DNA of 63,991 nucleotides, the filler included, from an uncultured bacterium (GTDB lineage: Bacteria; CAZSTA01), in assembly GCA_964609495.1 (NCBI GenBank). It is 4 parts of 4 records of this genome, joined end to end, with 100 filler letters (N's around TTAATTAATTAA, not from the genome) between each part and the next. Parts side by side here need not be neighbours in the genome. Positions count along the whole stretch, not along the records: positions 36,639 to 54,790 come from CAZSTA010000060.1; 3 more parts are not named here. One strand, 5' to 3'. Below the pieces are notes generated by a model. The model worked only from the letters and a program-made list of their open reading frames with translations, ran no database searches and was not told where the DNA came from. Shown one piece after another: positions 40,655 to 50,555 of this stretch. The number at the start of each line of letters is the position of its first letter. The stretch's first letter is position 1. The translations under genes were made by a program, and so were the position numbers.

Positions 40655-40687
40655 CGGAGCAGGTCCCAAGGGTTTGGCTGTACTCCA

Positions 40688-40739
<52 letters not shown>

Positions 40740-41071
40740 TATCCGTCGCGGGCGGAGGAGGCTTGAAAGGAGCTGCCCCTAGTACGAGAGGATTGGGGTG
40801 GACGAACCGCTAGTGTTTCAGTTGTTTTGCCAAAAGCACGGCTGAGTAGCTATGTTCGGAGGAGATAAGCGCTGAAAGCATCTAAGCGTGAAGCTCACCT
40901 TAAGATTAAGCTTCCCACAGCGTTAAGCTGGTAAGACTCCTGATAGATGATCAGGTTGATAGGCCAGAGGTGTAAGAGTGGTGACATTTTTAGCTTACTG
41001 GTACTAATAAGTCGAGGGCTTGGCGGCTCACGAGTAACCGTTATCTATCGTCTGTTACTAATGAAATCAAT

Positions 41072-41190
41072 TCCTGGTGACCAGAGCGGAGGGGCCCACA
41101 CCCGTTCCCATTCCGAACACGGTAGTTAAGCCCTCCAGCGCCGATGGTACTGCACGGGGGACTGTGTGGGAGAGTAGGCCGTTGCCAGGA
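41072..41190 (+). rRNA. rrf: 5S rRNA
   Basis: CCTGGTG...CACCCGTTCCCATTCCGAACACGG.AGTTAAG...CGCCGATGGTACT...GGGAGAGTAGG..G.TGCCAGG. Confidence 0.95.
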
Positions 41191-41229
41191 ATTTTTATTT
41201 TTGAGAGTCAAGAAAGGTAGGTGGATAAT

Positions 41230-41472
41230 ATGGACTACGCGAGATTTTGCCCAGGGAGCATCTCTATCCGCCAACCTATCCCTGAGTTTGTGGAGTGTCC
41301 TCGCTGTGGAGAAGAGGTGGAGATTTGGACGGATGAGATAACAACCCGATGTCAAAATTGTCAGATGACTATCTCGAGAGATAGAGCGCCCTCTTGCATA
41401 GATTGGTGTAAATTTGCCAAGGATTGCCTCGGTGTGGAGGCTTATAACCGCCTTAAAGGTGGCGGTAAATAG
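41230..41472 (+). CDS. Small Cys-rich (Zn/Fe-S) protein
   Basis: CPG...CPRCGEEVEIWTDE....C..C...SCIDWC..A..CLG; AGGTGG SD. Confidence 0.75.
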   Translation: MDYARFCPGSISIRQPIPEFVECPRCGEEVEIWTDEITTRCQNCQMTISRDRAPSCIDWCKFAKDCLGVEAYNRLKGGGK

Positions 41473-41491
41473 GAAAATTTCACTTTCCCTC

Positions 41492-42949
41492 TTACTCTTC
41501 TAGTTTTATGATGTTATCCATAGCCATCCTGCGAAGTTGACCATCCTCTAATAGCTTTATCACCATCTCAAATTGATTTATAGCTTTTTCCTTCTCGCCT
41601 TTCTTCCGATAGGCAGCTCCAAGATTATAGTGGGCTTCAACAAGATCTGGCTTAAGAGCTATAGCTTTAGATAATTCCTCAATCGTCTCGTCCAACTTAT
41701 CTTTAGCTCGGTAGGCTACACCCAGATTATAGTGAATCTCGGCAGAATTGGAGTCGAATTTAAGAGCCTTCTGATATTGAGCTATAGCCTCATCTAACCA
41801 CCCCTTGTCATAATAAGCTATCCCCAGATTGCTATGAGCAGCGGCGAAATAAGGTTTGAACTTCAGAGCCTTTTGGTACTGTGCTATTGCCTCTTTCAAC
41901 ATTCCCTTGCCATAATAGGCTAGTCCTAGATTATTATAAGCCTCGGCAAAGTAAGATTTGATCTCAATTGCTCTCTTATACTCAGCAATCGCTTCCTCGA
42001 TCTTGCCCTGAGCTCGGTAAACTAGTCCTAAGTTATTATGAGCTTCAGCGAAGTTGGGATTAAGCCCTAAGGCGACCTTATATTCAGCTATAGCCTCATC
42101 TATTTTCCCCTGATTATAATACGATATCCCTAGATTATTATGGGCCGCAGCGAAATCGGGAGAAAGCTCCATCGTAGATTGCAACGAGGATATAGATTTA
42201 TCCAGTTTGAGCGCTAAGGCATTCTGCAGTGATATTACCGCCTCATCTAAGCGACCCTCTTCCCCATATATAATTCCCAGATTATAGTGAGCGGCAGATA
42301 GATTCGGCTCGATAGACAAAGCTGATTGGTAGGCACTTATCGCCTCTTTCTTTTGTTCTTGCCAGTAGTGAGAATTGCCCTTATATAAATATATTACTTC
42401 CCTTCCTATCGCGACTTTAGAAGGATAAGATAGGGCAGAAGAAAAACTAGCAATGGCTTCCTCATCCTCACCCCTTTGATATCTTATGAGCCCGATTAGC
42501 AATGGAGGAAGGCAGGATAGATCGTTTACAGTGAGCTTCATCAGGAAGTTATCTATACTATCGATTTCCTTTTTCCCAGAACTATCTCGCTCATATATCA
42601 GTTGAATATATATATTGTATAAATCCGTCTTTAGATCGAACCACCCATATAGCACGATCTGGTACCCGTATTCATTCCCGTGATATCGAGCCTCTATATC
42701 ATCCTCGATAGCTTCCTCAAATTTTTCTACATGTATTCCCTCTTCCTCTAAAGGTTTCAAAGCTTCTATCAGATACTTAGTGGAATACACCACATATTCC
42801 GATTTTGAACTAATTTGATCGAAATCTGCGATGAGGATATTTACTCCTTGCAAACTAGAGGAGGCATTTGCAATGATCCTGCTACTTAAGATTTGAAATA
42901 CCAAAATAGCGATTACAAATTTAGCTAATATATAAACTCTTTTCCTCAT
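41492..42949 (-). CDS. Secreted TPR-repeat protein
   Basis: N-terminal hydrophobic segment; repeated A.AHNNLG..Y...G..DEAI..Y..AL...P. Confidence 0.85.
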   Translation of the reverse strand: MRKRVYILAKFVIAILVFQILSSRIIANASSSLQGVNILIADFDQISSKSEYVVYSTKYLIEALKPLEEEGIHVEKFEEAIEDDIEARYHGNEYGYQIVLYGWFDLKTDLYNIYIQLIYERDSSGKKEIDSIDNFLMKLTVNDLSCLPPLLIGLIRYQRGEDEEAIASFSSALSYPSKVAIGREVIYLYKGNSHYWQEQKKEAISAYQSALSIEPNLSAAHYNLGIIYGEEGRLDEAVISLQNALALKLDKSISSLQSTMELSPDFAAAHNNLGISYYNQGKIDEAIAEYKVALGLNPNFAEAHNNLGLVYRAQGKIEEAIAEYKRAIEIKSYFAEAYNNLGLAYYGKGMLKEAIAQYQKALKFKPYFAAAHSNLGIAYYDKGWLDEAIAQYQKALKFDSNSAEIHYNLGVAYRAKDKLDETIEELSKAIALKPDLVEAHYNLGAAYRKKGEKEKAINQFEMVIKLLEDGQLRRMAMDNIIKLEE

Positions 42950-43012
42950 TTATTCTCACCTATTTAGATCGCCTCTCCCTCAAGTTCAATCCTATTAGAG
43001 ATAAGATTCCCC

Positions 43013-43399
43013 CTAATCGCAGATATCCGGCTCTTCTACTGTAACCATTATATTCACCTTGCCAAAGCTCTCCCTGCGTCCATCACTCACCTGCACCCTA
43101 ATAGTGAACACTTGATCCTCTTGCACCTGAGGAGCTGTCCAGGATACGAATTCTCCCTTAGTAGCACTTAGTAAACCTTCATTTGCGCTCCAAGTAAAGG
43201 TCAACTCATCATCTTCATTAGGATCAGCCGATTTAGCCTGCATTTCGACCACTTTTCCTGCCTGAACCACAGTTGAGGAAATTACTATATTAACTGGAAA
43301 GGGCATATAGTTATATTCACCAGGGCTATAACTACTACATCCTAAGAGCAGAATAGCGATCCCTAACAAGGACAAGATGAATATTACGACTCTTCCCAT
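43013..43399 (-). CDS. Small lipoprotein with an Ig/PKD-like domain
   Basis: Lipobox LLGC; DPN.D.LTFTW....G.L.....V.WTAP; V.VSDG. Confidence 0.7.
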   Translation of the reverse strand: MGRVVIFILSLLGIAILLLGCSSYSPGEYNYMPFPVNIVISSTVVQAGKVVEMQAKSADPNEDDELTFTWSANEGLLSATKGEFVSWTAPQVQEDQVFTIRVQVSDGRRESFGKVNIMVTVEEPDICD

Positions 43400-43581
43400 T
43401 TTTCCTTCCCCTTTCAAAGAGTAACCTGGGCAGTTATATTTATAGTATAGAACAAGTATGTAGAATTGTCAAGTGTTTTTTGACAAATCAATCCCTTCTG
43501 GCTTTGAGTCCTCAAGCCATATTCTATAAAAGGTCGAGAAGAGATGGAATAGAGCTCTGATAAATCTCATAACATATCTAA

Positions 43582-43610
43582 GGGGGCTAACTTCAACAAG
43601 CTAGCCCCCC
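43582..43610 (-). terminator. Hairpin after the sugar-catabolism operon
   Basis: GGGGGCTA...TAGCCCCC inverted repeat downstream of 43631. Confidence 0.5.
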
Positions 43611-43630
43611 GTCTTGAGGACAAGGACTCT

Positions 43631-44620
43631 CTAAAGCGGCAGCTTCACCGGTTTACCCTCGGAGGCTGACTTATAAGCTCCTAAAGCGACCTCCATAGCC
43701 TTCAAGCCATCCCAACCAGTAACCTTGACCGAGGAACCAGTCTCTACCGCCTCAACGAAATCGGTGATCATCGCTAGATCCATATTCTCCCCCCAAAAGA
43801 CCCAGTCGGTGCTCATAGTCCTATCGCTATATACTGCCATATTCTGGGCAAAGAGATCGAGGTCGATCACTCCTTCAGTCCCAACGATCTCCATCGTTAC
43901 ATCTCCCCAGGTGGGGAAGGACTTCGGGCGAGACCAACTAGCATCTAGGCTAGCGAACATTCCGTTCTCGAATTCCACAGTTAAAATACCACAGTCGTCG
44001 ATATCCACATCGTGGAGCAAAGTATCGATCTCAGCATATACTTCTACTATCTCCTTGCCGAAGAACCATCGCCATAGATCGACTACGTGGACGGTATGAT
44101 CCATAACCGCCCCTCCTCCAGACTTCTCCTTCTCCAAGAACCAGCCCGGAGGCATCCTCCCGTGATTAGTCCCTTTAATCGCTAATATCTCTCCTATCGC
44201 CTCCTGCTCTAACATCTGCTTCGTCTGGATAGAGGAAGCGGTAAAGCGACAAGGGAAGGCTGTCATCAACTGGACATTGTTCTCCTCGCTAGCCTCGATC
44301 ATAGCTTGAGCATCAGCGATAGTGATAGAGATTGGCTTTTCGCAGAGGATATGCTTTCCAGCCTTAGCTGACGCTACTGCCATCTCCTTATGAGCAACAT
44401 TAGGAGAACAGATAATAACCGCATCCACATCCTGAGCTAATAGCTCGTTATAATCCTTATAATATCTCTTCGCTCCGAACTTATCCAAGGCGTTTTTGCC
44501 CCTGACTTCATTATCGTCCGCTATTCCCACGAACTCCACCTTATCGGAGAGCATAGTCAGAGCGAGAGCATAGCTATAAGCATGCATATGAGCAAAACTT
44601 ATCATTCCGACCTTAACCAA
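43631..44620 (-). CDS. Gfo/Idh/MocA oxidoreductase
   Basis: GKHILCEKP, GGGAVMDHTVH..DL. Confidence 0.9.
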   Translation of the reverse strand: MVKVGMISFAHMHAYSYALALTMLSDKVEFVGIADDNEVRGKNALDKFGAKRYYKDYNELLAQDVDAVIICSPNVAHKEMAVASAKAGKHILCEKPISITIADAQAMIEASEENNVQLMTAFPCRFTASSIQTKQMLEQEAIGEILAIKGTNHGRMPPGWFLEKEKSGGGAVMDHTVHVVDLWRWFFGKEIVEVYAEIDTLLHDVDIDDCGILTVEFENGMFASLDASWSRPKSFPTWGDVTMEIVGTEGVIDLDLFAQNMAVYSDRTMSTDWVFWGENMDLAMITDFVEAVETGSSVKVTGWDGLKAMEVALGAYKSASEGKPVKLPL

Positions 44621-44633
44621 AGTGCTTCACCTC

Positions 44634-45638
44634 CTAACGAGAGAAATCGGGAACTGATACAGGATTTCCGCTTTGAGCGGATTCGATTGCGGCTAGGGAG
44701 ATGCGTAAAGATTCCAAAGCATCTTTGCCACTCACTCGCGGTTCTTCATCCCTCTTGAGGCAATCTATGAAGTGTTCGAGTTCCAATTGATACGGATTCT
44801 TGAATAACGGACTGGATGGGACTGCTACCTTATCAGTTTTTCCGGGCTCGATCTTGGTTCGAGATAGCATCAAGGGGATAGCTCTCTGGCTATCGAAAGT
44901 TATCATCCCTTCAGTTCCACATATCTCGAAATTGACCTTGAAGGTTCCTGGGGGATAAGCCCAACATACCGCGGTATGGGAGATCAAGCGATTCTTAAAG
45001 CGCAGGGTTACCAAGCCGTAATCTAGTTTTCCCAGATCTTCGCGGAAGGTCAGGCATTTGGCATAAGCTCTCTGGACATCTCCGAAGCACCAACGCAGGA
45101 AATCGAAGTCATGGATGATCATATCGAGGATCGGCCCTCCACTTATCTCGAAATCGGAGTACCACTCCTTCGGAGGATAATGAGAGCCTCTGGCGGTTCT
45201 GACCATCTTTGGCTCTCCGATTAGACCCCCATCTATGATCATTTTAGCGTTGGAGAACTCGGGGAAGAAGCGGAGGACATGACCAACCATAAATTTCTTA
45301 TCTCTTCCCTCTACCGCCTTCAGCATCTCCTCCCCATCTCTTATCGTCCGAGCAAGGGGCTTCTCACAGAAGATATGCTTATCAGCCTCTACCGCCTTTA
45401 GGACGAAATCCTTATGAACAGTGGTAGGAACACAGACATCGACTATGTCGAATTGGCATTCCTTGATCATAGCTTCCCAGTCTGAGAAGGTCTTAGCGTT
45501 GTAGGGAACGGCTAAGGCTTGGGCTTTCTCCAATATGATATCAACTATCGCGGTAACTTCCACCTCGGGAATATTGTTATAACAGCGGGCATGCTCGCCG
45601 CCCATAGTTCCCGCCCCGATTATCGCTACCTTGAGCAT
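44634..45638 (-). CDS. Gfo/Idh/MocA oxidoreductase
   Basis: IIGAGTMG, HIFCEKP, SGGPILDMIIHDFD. Confidence 0.9.
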   Translation of the reverse strand: MLKVAIIGAGTMGGEHARCYNNIPEVEVTAIVDIILEKAQALAVPYNAKTFSDWEAMIKECQFDIVDVCVPTTVHKDFVLKAVEADKHIFCEKPLARTIRDGEEMLKAVEGRDKKFMVGHVLRFFPEFSNAKMIIDGGLIGEPKMVRTARGSHYPPKEWYSDFEISGGPILDMIIHDFDFLRWCFGDVQRAYAKCLTFREDLGKLDYGLVTLRFKNRLISHTAVCWAYPPGTFKVNFEICGTEGMITFDSQRAIPLMLSRTKIEPGKTDKVAVPSSPLFKNPYQLELEHFIDCLKRDEEPRVSGKDALESLRISLAAIESAQSGNPVSVPDFSR

Positions 45639-45641
45639 CAG

Positions 45642-46478
45642 CTAGCACCTCCCTAAGATACGATCCATCGCCGCTGAGGTATCGTATATTAGCTGATCGG
45701 GATAACATCTATAAGGAGACATCTCAGCGGTTACATAGCCATCATATCCCACTTCCTGGAGAGCTTTGATGACCTCAGGCCAGTTGACATCTCCCTCTAA
45801 AAGATTGACGAATCCATTGATATTTCCGATAGCTCTTTTGAAGTCCTTGAAGTGGATCCTGACTATCCTCTTGCCCAAGATCCTTATCCAATGCTCAGGG
45901 TAAGCGTTTACCACCACATTGCCCACATCGAAATAGGCTTTCACATAAGGGCTATCGATCTCATCGAGGAAGCGAGCCATATCGAAAGGACTCGTCAAGA
46001 ACATATTCCAAACGTTCTCCACTCCGATAGCAACCTTCTTCTCCTCGGCATACTCCTTGAGTTCGAGAAGGGCGTCCTTAGCCCTGTCATAGGCGACATC
46101 GTAGGAAACTGGCTCGACGGGAGCGAAGGAGGAGCCCACCGATCCCGGGACCATCAGAATAGCATCGACTCCCAGCCAAGTGGCGAGATCGAGCATCTTT
46201 CTACATACTTCCTTACCCTTCTCCCTCACGCTCTCATCAGGAGAGGTAAGCGGATATTTCCAGAACAAACCGGTGGATAATCCAACTAACCCTAACCCAA
46301 CTTCCTTTGCCTGCTCAACTATCCTCTTCATATCTGCCTCAGTTGAGGAGATCGTTATCTCTCCTTCCCCCGCGGCGTTGACCTCTATCGCCTCGAAGCC
46401 AGCTTTCTTAGCTAACTCCAGAGCCTCCTTTATCGAGGTGCCAGCGGGAAAGGCCCAAAGATTAATGCTCTTCTTCAT
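45642..46478 (-). CDS. Sugar phosphate isomerase/epimerase (xylose-isomerase-like TIM barrel)
   Basis: GVENVWN.FL.SP, YFDVGN, IHFKD, G.VNW, TAE. Confidence 0.88.
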   Translation of the reverse strand: MKKSINLWAFPAGTSIKEALELAKKAGFEAIEVNAAGEGEITISSTEADMKRIVEQAKEVGLGLVGLSTGLFWKYPLTSPDESVREKGKEVCRKMLDLATWLGVDAILMVPGSVGSSFAPVEPVSYDVAYDRAKDALLELKEYAEEKKVAIGVENVWNMFLTSPFDMARFLDEIDSPYVKAYFDVGNVVVNAYPEHWIRILGKRIVRIHFKDFKRAIGNINGFVNLLEGDVNWPEVIKALQEVGYDGYVTAEMSPYRCYPDQLIYDTSAAMDRILGRC

Positions 46479-46570
46479 TTAATAATCCACTCCTTTCTTG
46501 TCATAAGTTTTCTCTTCATTTTAATGGCAATTTTGCCTAACGTCTTGCATATTTGCGAAATGCTAAACAA

Positions 46571-47296
46571 TCATACTTTCCCTATAATCGCTATATACAC
46601 CCCATCTTGCCAATCTAGGAAATCTCTGGCTTCCCAACCAGTATCTTTGAGGATCTCCTTCATCTCATCTTTCGAGACCAAGAGATAATCAAACCAAGGA
46701 GTAACATATTTTCTATATCGTATCCTGATCCTAACTTGTCCAGCCATTCTACCTCTTCTTCGATTGAATTTATGATACTCCAAGTGTTCAGGAGCTTCAG
46801 TTTCATAGGGATCTCTGGTCTCCGCTATTATCCTTCCTTCCCCTGGTGTAATCGAACGGAATCTTTTGAGAAGCCATTTGGCTCTCTTCAAATTTCCAAA
46901 TAATCCAAAATTATTTCCGAACATCAAAATAGTGTCAAATGTTCCCAATTGAGAAGTGATCTGCGTGATAGATAAAACCTGAGCGTTTCGTAACCCTCTC
47001 AACTTGCAAACTTCTATTGCAAGAGGGGAAATATCAATGCCAAGGACATCAAATCCCTGTTCTTGTAAGTAGAGGGAATGTCTTCCTGCTCCAGCTCCTA
47101 TATCCAGAACTTTGCCCTTTACATATTTCATAGCTTCTCTTTGGTGTTTGGGCCATTCACTATACTTTGAAAGATAAGCTTTTGGATCGACAAGACCAAA
47201 AAAACCATCGTCTCTCTCATTTATCTCGTATCCCCCTTCTCCTTTAAAGTAATCATAAATTTCATGTCCATAGGCATCTTGCCAATCTTCCAGCAT
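46571..47296 (-). CDS. Class I SAM-dependent methyltransferase
   Basis: VLDIGAGAGRHSLYLQ..G..V.GID.SP.A; FDTIL..GNN.G. Confidence 0.85.
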   Translation of the reverse strand: MLEDWQDAYGHEIYDYFKGEGGYEINERDDGFFGLVDPKAYLSKYSEWPKHQREAMKYVKGKVLDIGAGAGRHSLYLQEQGFDVLGIDISPLAIEVCKLRGLRNAQVLSITQITSQLGTFDTILMFGNNFGLFGNLKRAKWLLKRFRSITPGEGRIIAETRDPYETEAPEHLEYHKFNRRRGRMAGQVRIRIRYRKYVTPWFDYLLVSKDEMKEILKDTGWEARDFLDWQDGVYIAIIGKV

Positions 47297-47382
47297 CGCT
47301 TTTCCTCCTTACATATATCCTCAGCGGACATGGCGCTAACTTAAAATAACCGAACTACTACGTTTATCCACAACTCTAGCTC

Positions 47383-48231
47383 CTATTTACTCTTTATTAT
47401 ATCAGTCCAATCGTGCTGAGCTTTAAACCCCAGAAGCCTCTCCGCTTTGGCACAACTGATAGGAGACATATTCCCCTTAAACGAGGGATCTATATCCTTT
47501 ATCCCCGGATAATACTTGTTCAGAAGGTCTAGGGTATCATAATCAGGAGCATAGCTAGAATCAGCACATATAAAGAAAGCCTCATGCTTTAGTCCTTCGA
47601 CTTCTAAAGCAAGGCGGAAAGCCCTAGCTATGTCGTAAACAGCGGTATATACCCATATACCCTTTGCCCCTCTCTCCGGGTTATTTAAGAGCTTGGTATA
47701 ACTCTCGGCATCCTCTGGGAACCAGACGAAGCAAGGACGCAAGCAGATCGTTGTCATATCATATCTTCTGGTATACATCTTGCAGGTCTCTTCGTTGACC
47801 AACTTGCTCAAACCATAAGGATCCTGGGGTTTCAAGGGATGTTCCTCATCAATAGGAATATATTCGGGTAGGAAGTGATGCTCCTGAAAGACAAAGCCCA
47901 AGGCAGAATCGCTAGTAGCTGCGATGAACTTTTTCACCCCATTCTTAGCAGCCGCCTCTAAGGCATTGAAAGTCCCCATCGTGTTTATGAACATAACCTT
48001 CTCCGGAGGATCAACGAGAGGGTGAGGGATAGCTGCTAAGTGAATTACTGCCTCATGACCAGGCATAACCTTCTCTAAATCCTCCAGCTTAGTTATATCC
48101 CCCTTCACAAACTCATGCTTACTATCAGTTGGTTCAACAATATCAAAATTCGTTAACTCATATCTCCCCTCTAGCTCTTTAAGGACATATTTCCCTATCT
48201 TACCACTACCACCAGTTATCAATACTTTCAC
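47383..48231 (-). CDS. NAD-dependent epimerase/dehydratase (extended SDR), copy B
   Basis: TGGSG.IG, HLAA, YGLSK. Confidence 0.9.
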   Translation of the reverse strand: MKVLITGGSGKIGKYVLKELEGRYELTNFDIVEPTDSKHEFVKGDITKLEDLEKVMPGHEAVIHLAAIPHPLVDPPEKVMFINTMGTFNALEAAAKNGVKKFIAATSDSALGFVFQEHHFLPEYIPIDEEHPLKPQDPYGLSKLVNEETCKMYTRRYDMTTICLRPCFVWFPEDAESYTKLLNNPERGAKGIWVYTAVYDIARAFRLALEVEGLKHEAFFICADSSYAPDYDTLDLLNKYYPGIKDIDPSFKGNMSPISCAKAERLLGFKAQHDWTDIIKSK

Positions 48232-49091
48232 TTTATTCCCTCCTTTTCACTCTTCACTACATCAGTCCAATCGTGCTGAGCTTTGAACCCTAGAAGCCTC
48301 TCCGCCTTGGCAGAACTGATAACAGATCTATTCCCCTTAAACGAGGGATCTATATCCTTTATCCCCGGATAGTACTTATTCAGAAGGTCTAGGGTATCAT
48401 AATCAGGAGAAGAGGTAGAATCGACACATATAAAGAGAACCTCATGCTTTAATCCTTCGACTTCTAAAGCAAGGCGGAAAGCCCTAGCTATATCGTAAAC
48501 AGGGATATATACCCATAAGTTTTTCACTCCTCTGTCCGGGTGGTTTACGATTTTGGTGTAATTCTTGGCTTCCTCTGGAAACCAGACGAAGCAAGGACGC
48601 AAACAGATCGTCGTCATACCATATCTTCGGGTATACATCTTGCAGGTCTCTTCGTTGATCAACTTGCTCAAACCATAAGGATCCTGGGGTTTCAAGGGAT
48701 GTTCCTCATCAATAGGAATATATTCGGGTAGGAAGTGATGCTCCTGAAAGACAAAGCCCAAGGCAGAATCGCTAGTAGCTGCGATGAACTTTTTCACCCC
48801 ATTCTTAGCAGCCGCCTCTAAGGCATTGAAAGTCCCCATCGTGTTTATGAACATAACCTTCTCCGGAGGATCAACGAGAGGGTGAGGGATAGCTGCTAAG
48901 TGAATTACTGCCTCATGACCAGGCATAACCTTCTCTAAATCCTCCAGCTTAGTTATATCCCCCTTCACAAACTCATGCTCGCTATCATTAGGTTCAACAA
49001 TATCAAAATTTGTTAATTCATATCTCCCCTCTAGCTCTCTAAGGATATACTTCCCCAATCTACCGCTACCACCAGTTACCAATACTTTCAC
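48228..49091 (-). CDS. NAD-dependent epimerase/dehydratase (extended SDR), copy A
   Basis: TGGSG.LG, HLAA, YGLSK; near-identical to the adjacent copy. Confidence 0.9.
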   Translation of the reverse strand: MKVLVTGGSGRLGKYILRELEGRYELTNFDIVEPNDSEHEFVKGDITKLEDLEKVMPGHEAVIHLAAIPHPLVDPPEKVMFINTMGTFNALEAAAKNGVKKFIAATSDSALGFVFQEHHFLPEYIPIDEEHPLKPQDPYGLSKLINEETCKMYTRRYGMTTICLRPCFVWFPEEAKNYTKIVNHPDRGVKNLWVYIPVYDIARAFRLALEVEGLKHEVLFICVDSTSSPDYDTLDLLNKYYPGIKDIDPSFKGNRSVISSAKAERLLGFKAQHDWTDVVKSEKEGIK

Positions 49092-49215
49092 CTTATCTCC
49101 TCCCTATTAATCCGAGTTTGACGGCTAGTAATTATGAGCTATTCATCTCGATTCACAGGAAGGATGGGTGATGAATATAACAACTATCAATATCACCACC
49201 CGTCCCTTTATCATC

Positions 49216-50337
49216 CTAATTCAGATCTTCTAGGTAATCGTATACTTCATCTAGCTCGAAGGTTCTCCAACTATCTCCACCCTTAGTTACATCAGCAAGA
49301 ATCCTATCCGCATAAAGGAATAAAGAGGTATCAGGTCTCTTATTCTCCACCACGTATTTTACGTACTCCAGCGGATTCCCGAAGCATAACTCTTTATCTA
49401 TCCCGATACGAGCGGAGAGGACCGTCTTGCCGCCTAACTTCTCCACCGCCAACTCATAGGACGTTTCGCATACTCCGAAGTCGATCCCGATTAGCTTCTT
49501 CGTCTTCAGCAGATTATCGTAGTTAAACTCGAAGTTACCGCAGGAGTGGATGAATATCCCATCGAAGGCCTCTGAGAGTCGATCGTTATAGGGAATGCCG
49601 AATTCCTCATAGAGGGCTGGAGAGATAACAGCTATTAAATCTTCGCTTATGGAGATGCCCTTATCGGGAGGAACCCAGACCTGGGGACAGTGGTTGGGAA
49701 CGAATAGATCCCCGCAGATTCGCTTCTGCTCTTGAGTGAACTCGATGATGAGATCGGTTACCATATCAAGGAGCATATGCACTTCCTTGGGATGCTCATA
49801 CATCTCGATAAAGAAGTCAGTATAACGCCAGATCAAGGAAGCGGTATCCAGAGGACCTTGAATATCAGTTACCCTGATGGGAAGCTGTCCATCGGTCTCG
49901 TCGATCATATACTTAGTGAGATCTAGGACTCTCCCCAGAAGCCCATCGGTGATCTTAGGTTTTTTCAACTTGTGGACTTGAGAGGCAGAGGTTATTATAG
50001 GGACTGTCCAAGGTTGCTCATTTTCGGGATAGATTATCTCACAGCCGAAGGCGGAAGCGAAGATGCCAGTGCCTATATAGGGGAAGAGCGCAGGGATATA
50101 ATCATCTCTTCCAATAACGCGATTCCCTATTTGCTGTAATTGTTCTTTCAGCATTATCTCCTCATTGAGAAAGAACTCCTTCAAATTCTCGCAAATGGGC
50201 TTCATATCTGGATCCTTGACATCACCGATGTGATAAGCTGGTCTGCTCATCTCCTCTAAATTCCAGAATTCAGTGAGGAATTTCTTCGTCTCCTCAAGCT
50301 TTTCTCTGGGTAACTCTGATTGTAAAGTTACTCCCAT
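49216..50337 (-). CDS. Uroporphyrinogen decarboxylase / MtaA-CmuA-like TIM-barrel family protein
   Basis: ASAFGC, DIQGPLD.A, ISED....ISP..YEEF..PY, IHSCG. Confidence 0.75.
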   Translation of the reverse strand: MGVTLQSELPREKLEETKKFLTEFWNLEEMSRPAYHIGDVKDPDMKPICENLKEFFLNEEIMLKEQLQQIGNRVIGRDDYIPALFPYIGTGIFASAFGCEIIYPENEQPWTVPIITSASQVHKLKKPKITDGLLGRVLDLTKYMIDETDGQLPIRVTDIQGPLDTASLIWRYTDFFIEMYEHPKEVHMLLDMVTDLIIEFTQEQKRICGDLFVPNHCPQVWVPPDKGISISEDLIAVISPALYEEFGIPYNDRLSEAFDGIFIHSCGNFEFNYDNLLKTKKLIGIDFGVCETSYELAVEKLGGKTVLSARIGIDKELCFGNPLEYVKYVVENKRPDTSLFLYADRILADVTKGGDSWRTFELDEVYDYLEDLN

Positions 50338-50555
50338 AATTTTTTTTCCTCCTTATAAATTGAGTTTTGAAATCCCCTTTAAGGGATGGTGAAAGCGACT
50401 TTGAAAGTGAAATCTCTCTATATTATAGTTTAGAGATACACTAAGGTCAAGTAGTTTCACTCAATCCTTAGCACAAAAAATTTCAGTCACCTAGTAATTC
50501 AAGTGCCCAAAGATCATTTTATAAATGGCGTCAGGTCGAGAGCCAGACGCCACTA

